Part shown: positions 13,401 to 23,896 of the stretch, in pieces | Numbering within the stretch: the first letter of the stretch is position 1 | How the letters are laid out: each line of letters begins with the position of its first letter | Source of the DNA: Leucoraja erinacea | Lineage: Eukaryota | NCBI RefSeq assembly: GCF_028641065.1 | Contig: NC_073415.1 | Span: 11,470,001-11,534,000 of the forward strand | DNA length: 64,000 nt | Direction: 5' to 3' | Made by a program: the position numbers and the translations under genes | Notes under the pieces: generated by a model | The model's database searches: none | What the model saw: the letters and a program-made list of their open reading frames with translations, nothing else | What the model was told of the DNA's origin: nothing

Positions 13401-16400
13401 ACCCGGAGACAACCCACGTGGTCACGGGGAGAACGTGCAAACTGCGTACAGACAGCACCCGTAGTCAGGATGGAACCCGGGTCTCTGGCACGGTGAGGCA
13501 ACAGCTCTACCCGCTGCGCCACGGTCTACACTGTGACGTGGGAAGCATTGCTCACCTCTCGTGGTTTCCCTTCGTACAGTTTCACCCGCTTGTGCCACTC
13601 GTGCACATTGTAGGGGTTCTGCCGCAGGAGGACGCTGTTCAAGAGGAGGGGGCGCCTCGTTATCAGCTGCTCAAACCGCGCCAATCTCAACTCCAGGTCG
13701 ATATCATCTGTTAGATCCAAAGCACAGGTAGAAAAACAAATCACCTTATGAAAACCTCATTGTTCATAATTTCTCTGACCAGAATTAGGTCCTTTGCCCC
13801 ATCAAGTCTACTCCGCCATTCAATCATCTCTCCCTCCTAACCCCTGCCTTCTCCCCATAACCCCTGGCACCCGCACTAATCAAGAATCTATCTATCTCTG
13901 TCTTAAAAAATATCCATTCATTTGGCCTCCACAGCCTTTTGTGGCAATGAATTCCACAGATTCAGCACTAGCTCGCTAGGTTCTGTACTTCCGCTCTGTA
14001 GGCTGATTCATCGCCATTGGAGATCAGCCCGGTCACCTTTGTGTCATATGTCAATCTGAAACAGGTTTGGAAAATAACTATAATGGGGGAAAAAATGCAG
14101 TTGACTGGAAAAGAGCAAGGAGTGAGATTGACTGGGCAGCTCTATCATGGAGGCATAGTGAAGTGGACGCTAACTCATCCCATTACTCTAACAGCTTCAA
14201 TTTCCTGAGCTATTAAAAAAGGGAAAGGAAACAGAGTCAGCATTCATGCTCCTGTTTTGAGTTTCTAGCTCAATAAAAGGCAAATTAAAGAAATCAATAT
14301 CATGCTTGGTGCCTCTGGAGGCATGGATTACCACAAGACACTGTCTGCATGCACTCTCAACAGACAGAAACATAGGAAAATAGTTGCAGGATAGGCCATA
14401 TGGCCCTTCGAGCCAGCACCGCCATTTAATATGATCATGGCTGGCCATCCAAAATCAGTACTCCGTTCCTGCTTTCTCCCCATATCCCTTGATATCAGTA
14501 ATATCATACGTGGAAAAATACACAAGGATCCACCTCACCTTCCTGAGTTTGTCCCATTTCTGCCGTTGTTTCCATTTTAGCTGCGATCATGCTCTCTTCA
14601 AACTGGGCGTAGCTGTCAAACACCTGGGTGAAGTCACGGACTGTCATCACGGTCTGAATCGCCTCCTCGTACACATCTCTGGCCTAAGTACAACACAAAC
14701 ACCTCCATTGTATCTGCAGTCAACGCAATAAAGGCAATAAAGGTAAAGGCATAGAGGTGCCCATGACCAAGATGATGCCAGGTGGCACAGCGGTAGAATG
14801 GTGCTTCACAGTGTCAGAGACCAGGGTTCAATCCTGACTATGGGTGTTTAAGAAGGAATTGCAGATGCTGGAAAAATCAAAGATAGACAAAAGTGTTGGA
14901 GAAACTCAGCGGTTGCAGCAGCATCTATGGAGCGAAGGAAATGGGCAACATTTCGGGACGAAACCCTTCCTCAGACCATGGGTGCTGTCTATGAGTGCTG
15001 TCTGCACAGAGTTTGTCTGCTCTTCCTGTGACCACGTGGGTTTTCTCCGGGTGCTCCGGTTTCCTCCCACACTCCAAAGACGTACAGGTTTGTAGGTGAA
15101 TTAGCATTGGTGAAATTGTGACCCGTCCCCAGTGTGTGTGTGTGTTGGATAGTGCTGGAGCACAGAGGGATTGTTGCTCGGTGCTGACTCGGCGAGCCAA
15201 AGGGCCTGTTTCCACGTTGTATCTCTAAAGTCTGGAGCAAGAAATGAGGTCATGTGCACACAACTAGCGTTGTGTAGAGGGGTTAAATCCAGACACAGGA
15301 CTCAAACACTAAAACATGAGCAGGTGGGACTAGCGTGGATGGTCATCTTGGGAAGCATGGGCTGGGCAAGGTGGGCCGGAGGGCCTGTCTCCGAGCTGTA
15401 TGACTCTACGTGGGAAAGAACTGCAGACGTGCTTTAAAATGAAGGAAGACACAAAATGCTGGAGTAACTCAGCGGGACAGGCAGCATCTCTGGCGAGAAG
15501 GAATGGGTGACGTTTCGGGTCGAGACCCTTCTTCGCACTGTGTGACTCTTTAACAGATTGTCAGGCTGTCCAATGGATAATTGGAAGCTCTAAGGGCCTG
15601 TCCCACATGGCAATTTTTTCGGTGACTGCCGACATCGTTAACTGACGTATCAGGTCACTGAATAATTTGCTGCGTGATTGCATATTGACGCGCGGTGTTT
15701 TTTCAAGTGTCGCAACATTTTTTTGGCGCCGCTGGATTTTGAAATGTTCAAAATCTTTTGGCGACACTGATATTACGCCGGCAGTCGCTGATAAAAATCG
15801 CCACGTGGGACAGGCCCTTTAGAAACATAGAAATTAGGTGCAGGAGTAGGCCATTCGGCCCTTCGAGCCTGCACCGCCATTCAATATGATCATGGCTGAG
15901 ATCTATGAAGAGGGACAAAAAACTCTTAACTGCAGGGTTTAACCAACGGGCTATGTTGGGATGGCAAGCTTTGCTCCAGGTTGTTAACTCCCTGTTTGTG
16001 TAAATAACTCACGTTTCGGGAATAATGCCAGGCTTCAACAACTTGACGTTACACAAATTATGTAATGAAACTTAAAGAAAAACAAAAAAAAAAAATCACA
16101 AGAAATGAGATTGTTGAAGATGGTTCTTTATGTGTTAAATGTTTTAAAGTGATATCTTGCTCAACAAGGAACACATACCTTCTCGAAATGGCCACTTCGA
16201 ATGTAGTAGTCGGCTAAGGAACACCAGAGCTTCCCCAGTTGGTCAGTGAAGCGAGTGAGGCCACCACGGATAATAGCGCCAACATTCAGGGACTTCACTT
16301 TGTCTGGGTTGGTTGAGATGAGGTGGCAGAGTTCGTGCCACAGCTGTGGGAAAATAAATACCTTATCACTTTTCACTCCAATGAAGCAAACAGATAGAAA

Positions 16401-19400
16401 CATAGAAAATAGGTGCAGGAGTAGGCCATTCAGCCCTTCGAGCCAGCACCGCCATTCAATATGATCATTGCTGATCATCCAAAATCAGTACCCCATTCCT
16501 GCTTTTTCTCCATATCCCTTGATTCCGTTAGCCCTAAGAGCTAAATCTAACTGTCTCCAGTGAATTGGCCTCAACTACCTTCTGTGTCGGAGAATTCCAC
16601 AGATTCACAACTCTCTGGGTGAAAATCTTTCTTCATCTCAGTCCTAAATGGCCTGCCCCTATTTTTAAACTGTGACCCCTGGTTCTGAACTCCCCCAACA
16701 TCGGGAACATGTTTCCTGCATCTAGCCTGTCCAATCCCTTAATAATTTTATATGTTTCTACAAGATCCCCTCTCATCCTTCTAAATTCCAGTGAGTACAA
16801 GCCCAGTCGATCCATTCTTTCATCATATGTCAGTCCTGCCACCCCGAGAATTAACCTGCAGTAAAGGCCGATACATATCCCAAACAATCCTAAACAGCCG
16901 AGAGTCTGGGGAGGGAATGGACAGCAACGTTCCTTCTTCAGACTGATTGGAGTAAGGGGAGACCCTTCTTCAGATTGATTGGAGTAAGGGAGAGAGCTGG
17001 CAGTTTAAAGCAGATTATGTTGCTTTGCATGGGTGCGTAATAGTAAGGCCGTGGGACATGCCCAGCGGGCAACTTGCTCGGTCTGGACAAGTTGGGCCAA
17101 AGGGCCTGTTTGGTGATGCTTTTGTCTAAGTGATCACCAAGGACTGACTTAACCAAACATGGAAAGTGGCTGATAGTGTAGAAACAGAATATTTTGGACA
17201 AGATTTTAACCTACCCACGTGCAAATTAATTCTAATATTGACTTTTTTCGACGTTGAGTTTATAGTCAGATGCACGAGTATAGTGAGGTGCAGACAGGTA
17301 CATTGACTATCTTGTTTGCAGGCACAGGAACTGAGACAACGCACAAAAACAAATTAGACATTCAATATTCAAAGCATTTCTAAAAGGAAGAAGGCTGTGC
17401 ATAAGGCATCAAGAAACAAGAATTTACTCTCAGTGGACCTTGGCTCTGTTCCTTCCTCAAACAGCAGCCCAACGGGTAGCCGACTTACTTGATAATTCGA
17501 TCTCCCTTCTTTGGAGATAAACAATTCATCGTTGACGACGGCAGCAAGCCGGACAGCAGCCTCGTCCAGCCGGTCGATGGAGCGCAGGTACTCAATGTAT
17601 TCCTCTGCATTTTCAGGGGACAGCTGCAAATATTAAATGTTTTTTTAACAATGTGAAGAAAGAATTTTGCCCGGGAAATAAAGGGAGGAAAGAAGGAACT
17701 ATTGATTCTTTAACCTAGCGAACAGACTGCTGATGTGTAGGAAGGAACTGCAGATGCTGGTTAATACCAAAGATAGACATAAAATGCTGGAGTAACTCAG
17801 TGGGAAAGGCAGCAACTCTGGAGAGAAGGGATGGGTGATGTTTCGGGTCGAGACCCTTCTTCAGCATTTTGTGTTGATTAACAAGCTGCAAACCTATATC
17901 ATCTGCTAGTATTGGATTCAAGCAATGAAGTTGCTTTATAAAAAACAGAAGGACTACAGGGGCTGTAACGACAAATAATGCCTGACCTGCCCACACAAAC
18001 ACAGAGCACAAAGCAGTGTAATCTGCTTCTAAATCCCACCTGCACCTACTGGTCTCAGCTTACCGGAGATATTTCTGGTTATAAGTAATCACAGTATTCA
18101 TGAATCCTCACAGCGTTTTTTAGTCACATTATCCTGTATCTGTACACTGTGGACGGCTCGATTGTAATCATGTATTGTCTTTCCGCTGACAGAATAGCAC
18201 GCAACAAAAGCTTTTCACCGTACCTCAGTACACGTACACGGGCCTCCTTGTCACCTTCCCTTTAGCTAACAATGAACCAAGGTCAACTGATGAGTGGAAC
18301 CACTAAGCTGCTCCCCCAGCATGGGCAAGGTGGGCTGAAGGGCCTGTTTCCATGCAGAATGGCTCTATGTCTCTCTACTCACAAGGCTCCAACAGATGCA
18401 CGCACCTTTAAATAGCGCCTGTAGACGCGGATGGCAGTCTCGGACACGGGGAACTGTCGCACAAACTTCAGGTACATGGGCCAGATGCGGTAGTGCTGAG
18501 TGACGGGGAGAGCCCGCAGCGCACGGTCAAAGGTACGTCGTGTCCTTGTTATCTTGCACTGGTCCACCTGGAACTGACAGTAGTCCAGCCAAATCCGCGG
18601 CATCTGACAGAGAAAGGAAATAAACACAGAAACTGTAGATACAAAGAACTGCTGGTGATAGGTGACGTTTCACAGAGTGCTGGAGTAACTCAGCGGGTCA
18701 GGCAGCATCTCTGGAGAACATGGATAGGTGACGTTTCACAGAGTGCTGGAGTAACTCAGCGGGTTACTCGACCCAAAACGTCACCCATTCCTTCTCTCCA
18801 GAAACGCAAACATGACCAACTAGCAGCAGGGCCACTGATGAATTTCATCAGCTGGGAAATTCTCTGCACATCACTTCATTAGTTTCACTTATAACAACAA
18901 CAACTGACAACACAAAATAGTAGCATACTGCAGTTTGGTGCAAGGCAAACATAAATACCTTGTGCATGAAAACCAGGGCTCGCTCGTGACAGTTGTTAAC
19001 CTCCTCATACCCAGGGTCTGTGATGCACTTCCCCTTCACCTGTTTCCGTCGTTGCTTCAGGTAATTGTACCACAGCTTGTAACTGGGAAAGAATAAACAG
19101 AATTAACATTGTGCAGTTTATTACTACAGGTCCACCCCCGATTTTCCCGCACATTTGTGGTTCGATCCTGACTACTGGTGCTGTCTGTACGGAGTTTGTA
19201 CGTTCTCCGAGATTTCCTCCCGCATTTCAAAGACGTACAGGTTTGTAGGTTAATGTACTTGGTATAAATGTAAATTGTCCCTAGTGTGTGTAGGATATTG
19301 TTAATGTGTGGGGATCGCGGGTCTGTGAGGCTGAAGGGCCTGTTTTCACCCTGTATCTCTAAACAAAACTAAACGGTACTGGAATGGTCTGCCTCGGCTG

Positions 19401-21462
19401 CTGGGAGGCCAGGATACCGTCCCACAAAGTCGGCGGCAGAATCCGAGCATGGGAACGGATGTGCCGGCTCTGTCCGGAGTTCCAAAGCCCCGGCCGCAGG
19501 CAGCAAATTAATTTTTTTAATTAGTTATTTACAAAAGAAGACACAAAGTGCTGGAGTAACTCAGCGGGTCAGGCAGCATCTCTGGAGAACATGGATGAGT
19601 GACGTTTCGGGTCAGGTCCCTTCTTCAGATTCATTACATTCTTTAAACATTGGCACAGTTGCTGCCTTACAGCTCCAGACATCCGAGTTCGATCCTGACT
19701 ACGGGTGCTGTAGGTACGGAGGTTGTGCGGTCTCCCTGTCACCTGTGTGGGTTTTCTCCGAGATCTTTCGTTTCCTCCCACGCTCCAAAGACGTGCAAGT
19801 TAGTAGGTTAATTGGCTTGGTATAGTTATAAATTGTCCCTAGTGTGTGTGTAAGATAGTGATAGTGTGCGGGGATCGCTGGTCGGCGTGGACTCAGTGGG
19901 CCACAGACCTGTTTCCGCGCTGTATCTCTAAAGTAAACTAAATGTTTAAACTTTACACAGTTGTGTAAAATGACAATATTTCTTTAAGTAGACAAGTGGC
20001 TTCTTTGTAATTTAGCGGCTTCTATTTTGGCATGTAATTAAAGAAAGGTTGTCAGAGTACCTGCCGGGGAGCTCTTTGAGTGCCCGTTCGTAGATCATGT
20101 TCACCATGTGTTTGGGAGCAGTGTGTTTGAACTCTATGTAACGGATCCAACATTTGACGGAGTAAGGGTTGCGAATAATCTCTTCTTCATATGGCAGATC
20201 ATCTTCTTCCTGTGAACACAGGTTCAGGTGAGTGAATGTCATCAGTCAGAGGATTGAGTATAGAAGTTGGGAGGTCATGTTGCAATTGTATAAGACAGTA
20301 ACAGGTGAGGCTGCATTAGTGTGTGTAGGAAGGAACTGCAGATGCTGGTTTAAACCGAAGATAGACGCAAATGCTGGAGTAACTCAGCGGGACAGACAGC
20401 AATTCTGGAGAGAAGGAACTGGTGACGTTTTGGGCCGAGAAGAAGGGTCTCGATCTGAAACATCACCTATTCCTGTTCTCCAGAGATGATGTCTGACTCT
20501 CTGAGTTACTCCAGCTCATTGTGTCTAGCTTCTGCCTTTAGAGTATTGTGTTCAGTTCTGGGCACCGTGTTATAGGAAAGATGTTATCGAGCTGGAAAGG
20601 GTACAGAGAAGATTTACAAAGATGTTGCCAGGACTAGAGGGTCTGAGCTATAGGGAGAGGTTAAGTAGGCTGGGACTCTATTCCTTGGAGTGCAGGAAGA
20701 TTAGAGGTGATCTTACAGAGTTGTATAAAATCAGGAGAGGAATAGATCAGATGCACAGAAGATAAGTCACAAAAAGCTGGAGTAACTCAGCGGGACAGGC
20801 AGCCTCTCTGGAGAAAAGGAATGGGTGATATTTCGGGTTGAGACCCTTCTTCAGACTGAAGGAGATCAGGACATCGGTCTGAAGAAGGGTCTCAACCCCC
20901 AAAAAAAACCCATTCCTTCTCTCTAGAGATGCTGCCTGACCAGCTGAGTTACTCCAGCACTTTGTGTCTATCTTCAGCTTAATCCAGCATCTGCAGTTTC
21001 TTCCTAAACATTTCAGATGCACAGAGTCTCTTGTCCAGAGCAGGGGAATGGAGGACCAGAGGACACAGTTCAAGGTGAAGGGGAAAAGATTTAAAGGGGT
21101 AACTTTTCCACACATTGGGTGTGGGTGTATGGAACAAGCTGCCAGAGGAGGTAGTTGAGGCAGGGACTATCCCAATGTTTAAGAAACAGTTAGACAGGTA
21201 CATGGATAGGACAGGATTGGAGGGATATGGACCAAACGCGGGCAGGTGGGACTGGTGTAGCTGCGACACGTTGGCCGTTGTTTCCACGCTCTGTGTGACC
21301 GCGGCCCCGGGGCAGCAGCAGCCGGCCGGACTGTAACGCGAGCCCGAGGCTTCAGCCACGGCCTGTCCGCGACCACGGGCTGTCGGTGCCGCCGCCGCCG
21401 CCGGGGAGGCTCCAACACACGGGCGCGCTACTCACAAACACCACGTCGGCCTTCAGCGCCAT
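1299..21462 (-). CDS. XAB2: XAB2/SYF1 pre-mRNA splicing factor (HAT/TPR repeats), gene span of coding exons 1-15; 3' exons lie left of the window
   Basis: 15 GT-AG exons join in frame (2070 nt, 690 codons) into MALKADVVF-EEDDLPYEEEIIRNPYSVKCW...YCSQLCDPR, colinear with vertebrate XAB2. Confidence 0.97.
2153..2343 (-). CDS. XAB2: XAB2 exon 14
   Basis: LYLLYAKLEEDYGLARHAMAVYERAT...GIYEKSIE. Confidence 0.96.
3329..3630 (+). mobile_element. HE1-type tRNA-derived SINE
   Basis: A/B-box-like head, V-SINE core, LINE-like tail; many related copies in the window. Confidence 0.8.
3886..4187 (-). mobile_element. HE1-type SINE
   Basis: Reverse copy with (CTAAA)n tail. Confidence 0.8.
4333..4495 (-). 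CDS. XAB2: XAB2 exon 13
   Basis: AYERGVALFRWPNV...GCPPKFAK; phase 1 end. Confidence 0.96.
5230..5420 (+). mobile_element. Rex1/Babar-like LINE 3' fragment
   Basis: DPHHPGH...PSGRRYRSL...RFRNSFFP motif; related copies at ~22740-22930, 37150-37530, 52560-52750. Confidence 0.7.
6220..6670 (-). mobile_element. CR1-like LINE 3' fragment
   Basis: Similar to 26046-26587. Confidence 0.85.
7823..7936 (-). CDS. XAB2: XAB2 exon 12
   Basis: STKAVYDRIIDLRIATPQIIINYAMFL...ESFK. Confidence 0.95.
8110..8241 (-). CDS. XAB2: XAB2 exon 11
   Basis: RATAVPAKKAEYFDSTEPVQNRVYKSLKVWSMLADLEESLGTFK. Confidence 0.95.
8280..8530. repeat. (CA)n-type microsatellite with assembly gap 8314-8445
   Basis: Seen directly. 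Confidence 0.95.
8640..8944 (+). mobile_element. HE1-type SINE
   Basis: Full-length copy ending in CTCTAAACTAAA. Confidence 0.8.
9461..9494 (-). ncRNA. Minimal type I hammerhead ribozyme-like motif
   Basis: Minus strand: agt-CTGAAGA-A-GGGT(CTCG)ACTC-GAAAC-GTC-acc. Confidence 0.5.
11250..11381 (-). CDS. XAB2: XAB2 exon 10
   Basis: ARTIFEKATKVNFK...EEALRLLR. Confidence 0.96.
12315..12434 (-). CDS. XAB2: XAB2 exon 9
   Basis: IINTYTEAVQTIDPLKATGKPHSLWVSFAKFYEENGQIQD. Confidence 0.95.
13241..13525 (-). mobile_element. HE1-type SINE
   Basis: Reverse copy next to the XAB2 exon 8 donor. Confidence 0.8.
13556..13707 (-). CDS. XAB2: XAB2 exon 8
   Basis: DIDLELRLARFEQL...EGKPRE. Confidence 0.96.
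14539..14683 (-). CDS. XAB2: XAB2 exon 7
   Basis: ARDVYEEAIQTVMTVRDFTQVFDSYAQFEESMIAAKMET...; phase 1 end. Confidence 0.95.
15592..15819. mobile_element. Non-autonomous DNA transposon (MITE, possibly Harbinger-like)
   Basis: TIR AAGGGCCTGTCCCAC...GTGGGACAGGCCCTT, extending imperfectly ~50 bp; TA-rich flanks. Confidence 0.75.
16179..16343 (-). CDS. XAB2: XAB2 exon 6
   Basis: LWHELCHLIS...YIRSGHFEK. Confidence 0.96.
16394..16860 (-). mobile_element. CR1-like LINE 3' fragment
   Basis: GLTYDERMDRLGLYSLEFRRMRGDL ORF2 remnant. Confidence 0.87.
17489..17623 (-). CDS. XAB2: XAB2 exon 5
   Basis: LSPENAEEYIEYL...GRSNYQ; gtaagt donor. Confidence 0.96.
18406..18603 (-). CDS. XAB2: XAB2 exon 4
   Basis: MPRIWLDYCQF...RVYRRYLK. 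Confidence 0.96.
18959..19082 (-). CDS. XAB2: XAB2 exon 3
   Basis: YKLWYNYLKQRRKQVKGKCITDPGYEEVNNCHERALVFMHK. Confidence 0.96.
20061..20209 (-). CDS. XAB2: XAB2 exon 2
   Basis: EEDDLPYEEEIIRNPYSVKCWIRYIEFK...ERALKELPG; cag/gt boundaries. Confidence 0.96.
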
Positions 21463-22031
21463 GTCGGGTCGGGTCGGGTCGGGCCGGGTCGGGTCGGGCA
21501 GGGCCGTCAACGCCGGGCGGTCGCAGAGACTTCTCTTCCTTCTCCTTCTCCTCTCCTCTCCTCTTCTCTTCTCTTCTCTTCTTTCTCTCTCTCTCTACTC
21601 TTCTCCTCGTTCTCTTCTCTCTCTCTCTCTCTTTCTCCTCTTCCTTTTTTCTTCTTCCTCTCTCACTGACTCCCCCTCTCCCGCCGCTGGCCCCGCCCCA
21701 CCGCACTGACCCCACCCCCTGACCCCCCCAACGCACTGGCCCCGCCCCCACCGCACTGACCCCGCCCCCAACGCACTGGTCCCGCGCCCCACTGACCCCA
21801 TACTGGCCCCGCCCCCAACGCACTGGCCCCACCCCCACCACACTGACCCCGCCCCACCGCACTGACCCCCACCCCCACCGCACTGGCCCCCCCCACGCAC
21901 CCCGCCCCTACGCACTGCCCCCCCAACACCCCCGCCCCCAACGTTGGGCCCGCCCCCGCTCCGCTCCCCCCCATTGGACAACGACGACGTCACTCTCTGA
22001 CAACATCATGTCGTTCCTCCTCCCCCCCCCA
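21290..22031. promoter_or_regulatory. CpG island / XAB2 promoter with GC-box minisatellite, CCAAT box and CRE-like site
   Basis: Very GC- and CpG-rich. (GGGTC)n at ~21465-21497, CT microsatellite ~21528-21680, ~20-bp repeat containing CCCCGCCCC at ~21685-21960, ATTGG at 21973-21977, GACGTCA at 21986-21992. Confidence 0.75.
21436..21462 (-). CDS. XAB2: XAB2 exon 1 (MALKADVVF)
   Basis: gacATGG Kozak context, gtgagt donor, phase 0 into EEDDLPY, inside a CpG island. Confidence 0.9.
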
Positions 22032-23060
22032 NNNNNNNNNNNNNNNNNNNNNNNNNNNNNNNNNNNNNNNNNNNNNNNNNNNNNNNNNNNNNNNNNNNNN
22101 NNNNNNNNNNNNNNNNNNNNNNNNNNNNNNNNNNNNNNNNNNNNNNNNNNNNNNNNNNNNNNNNNNNNNNNNNNNNNNNNACAGGGGGCATTGGTGTGAA
22201 TCTTGTGGAGTTTATTACCTTGTGTCTCCATACAAACATTATTGATATTGTATAGAGCAAATGTTCCCAACCTGGGGTAAATATACACCAACCCAGGGGG
22301 TAAAATTGTTGATTGTGGATTTGTCCCACCTGCCCATGTTTGGTCCATATCCCTCCAAACCTGTCCTATCCATGTACCTGTCCAACTGTTTCTTAAACGT
22401 TGGGATAGTTAAGTCGTCGAGTTTATTCGTCACATACACATACGAGATGTACAGTGAAATAGTCCCAGCCTCAACTGCCTCCTCTGGCAGCTCGTTACAC
22501 CGAAGATAGAAACAAAATACTAAAGTAACTCAGCTGGACAGGCAGCATCTCTAGAGAGAAGGAATAGGTGGCATTTGGGGTCAAGACCCTTCTTCAGACT
22601 GCTTACCACAGATGAGCACCAGGCCATAATCTCAGCAATCTGAAGGGACCATCTCAGCTGGAGGTGAATATGCAGTGAATCATTCGATCAGCTGGGAAGA
22701 TTGTTGGCTACAACCTTCCCCCTCCCCCCCCCCCCCCATTGACGAACTGTACACTGCAAGGGCCAGGAAGGGAGCGGGTATGGTCATTTCTGACCCTTCT
22801 CACCCTGGCCACAAACTCTTTGAATCACTTCCCCCTGGAAGGCGACTCCGGACTGTCAAAGCTTCCACAGTAAGACATAAAAACAGATATTTTCCACGAG
22901 TAGTAGCTCTACTCAATAACCAAAAGTCTGTAGCCTCCTTTTGTTCAGGTATTTTATTTCATTCACATGTTCAAACTATAATGTTTTATTCTTAATGTTT
23001 TAATATTTTATGTTTTATTCTTAATGGTTTACTGTATGTCGTGTTGTTACTTGCGAGCGG

Positions 23061-23192
23061 GGGTGGGAGATTGCAACCTTCACGTGGTCCACCCTGTTTC
23101 AACTAATGCAATCAACTCGACGTGCACAAACGGAAGGTCAAATAGAACAAGTTGTCCTACAACTTTAGGCTGTGCACGCCACACGAAAGAAG
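23061..23192 (+). mobile_element. 132-bp retroposed insert with 12-bp TSD (also in copy 2 at ~54823-54954)
   Basis: ACTTGCGAGCGG at 23049-23060 and 23193-23204; GAAAGAAG 3' end; interrupts a Rex/Babar-like tail. Confidence 0.7.
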
Positions 23193-23879
23193 ACTTGCGA
23201 GCGGAGCACCAAGGCAAATTCCTTGTATGTGTACATACTTGGCCAATAAACTTATTCATTCATGTTCAAGGAGCCGGCAGGTCTTTAGAACTGAAGTATA
23301 GCTGTTAATTAAACAATCTATTCAACATCAGAAACTGAGCCCAAATTAATTCATCAGATGAAAAATGTGCAATAAATCAAGTATTTTAACATTTAACTGT
23401 ATTTATTAATATTTAATATCAACACATTTATTAATATGTTTGTACCATTTTAAATGGAAAGGTCTAAGCGATGCATTTTGTTTTACAGCAAATTCAGATA
23501 TGCTGGTTCTAAGAGCATTGAGGCAATTCTCAAGGAGACTTGGACGCGGTGGGAAGGTGATATTTCACATTGAGGATCGGGCTACAAAACCCAATGTCCA
23601 ACTCACTTATCTCAGTCACAGAACCACAAGAGAAAGCAGAAAGGTTAGTCTCCAATGAAGACTCGATCGCAAAGGTTAATATGTAAAAGCAGCCACAAAA
23701 TGCTAGGGTAACTCAGCGGGTGAGGCAGCATCTCTGGAGAGAAGGAATAGGTGACATTTTGGGCTGAGATCCTTCTTCAGACTGTAAAAGCAGCGATGGT
23801 CTCTCTGACTGTTTGACAGTGAGTCAGATCTGGATATTCTTCAGGCCCAACAGGAACCTGATCCTGTCCTGGGACGTCC

Positions 23880-23896
23880 CTATTCATTCTCAGTCT
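23880..23896 (-). CDS. PCP2: PCP2 candidate terminal coding exon (ETENE*)
   Basis: ttttgttttag acceptor, phase 1, TAG stop; minus-strand AATAAA signals ~450 nt downstream (~23402-23432). Confidence 0.55.

Noticed and set aside
21386-22348. Long Gly/Arg/Leu-rich ORFs upstream of XAB2
   Set aside because: Products of microsatellite and minisatellite composition and of N runs.
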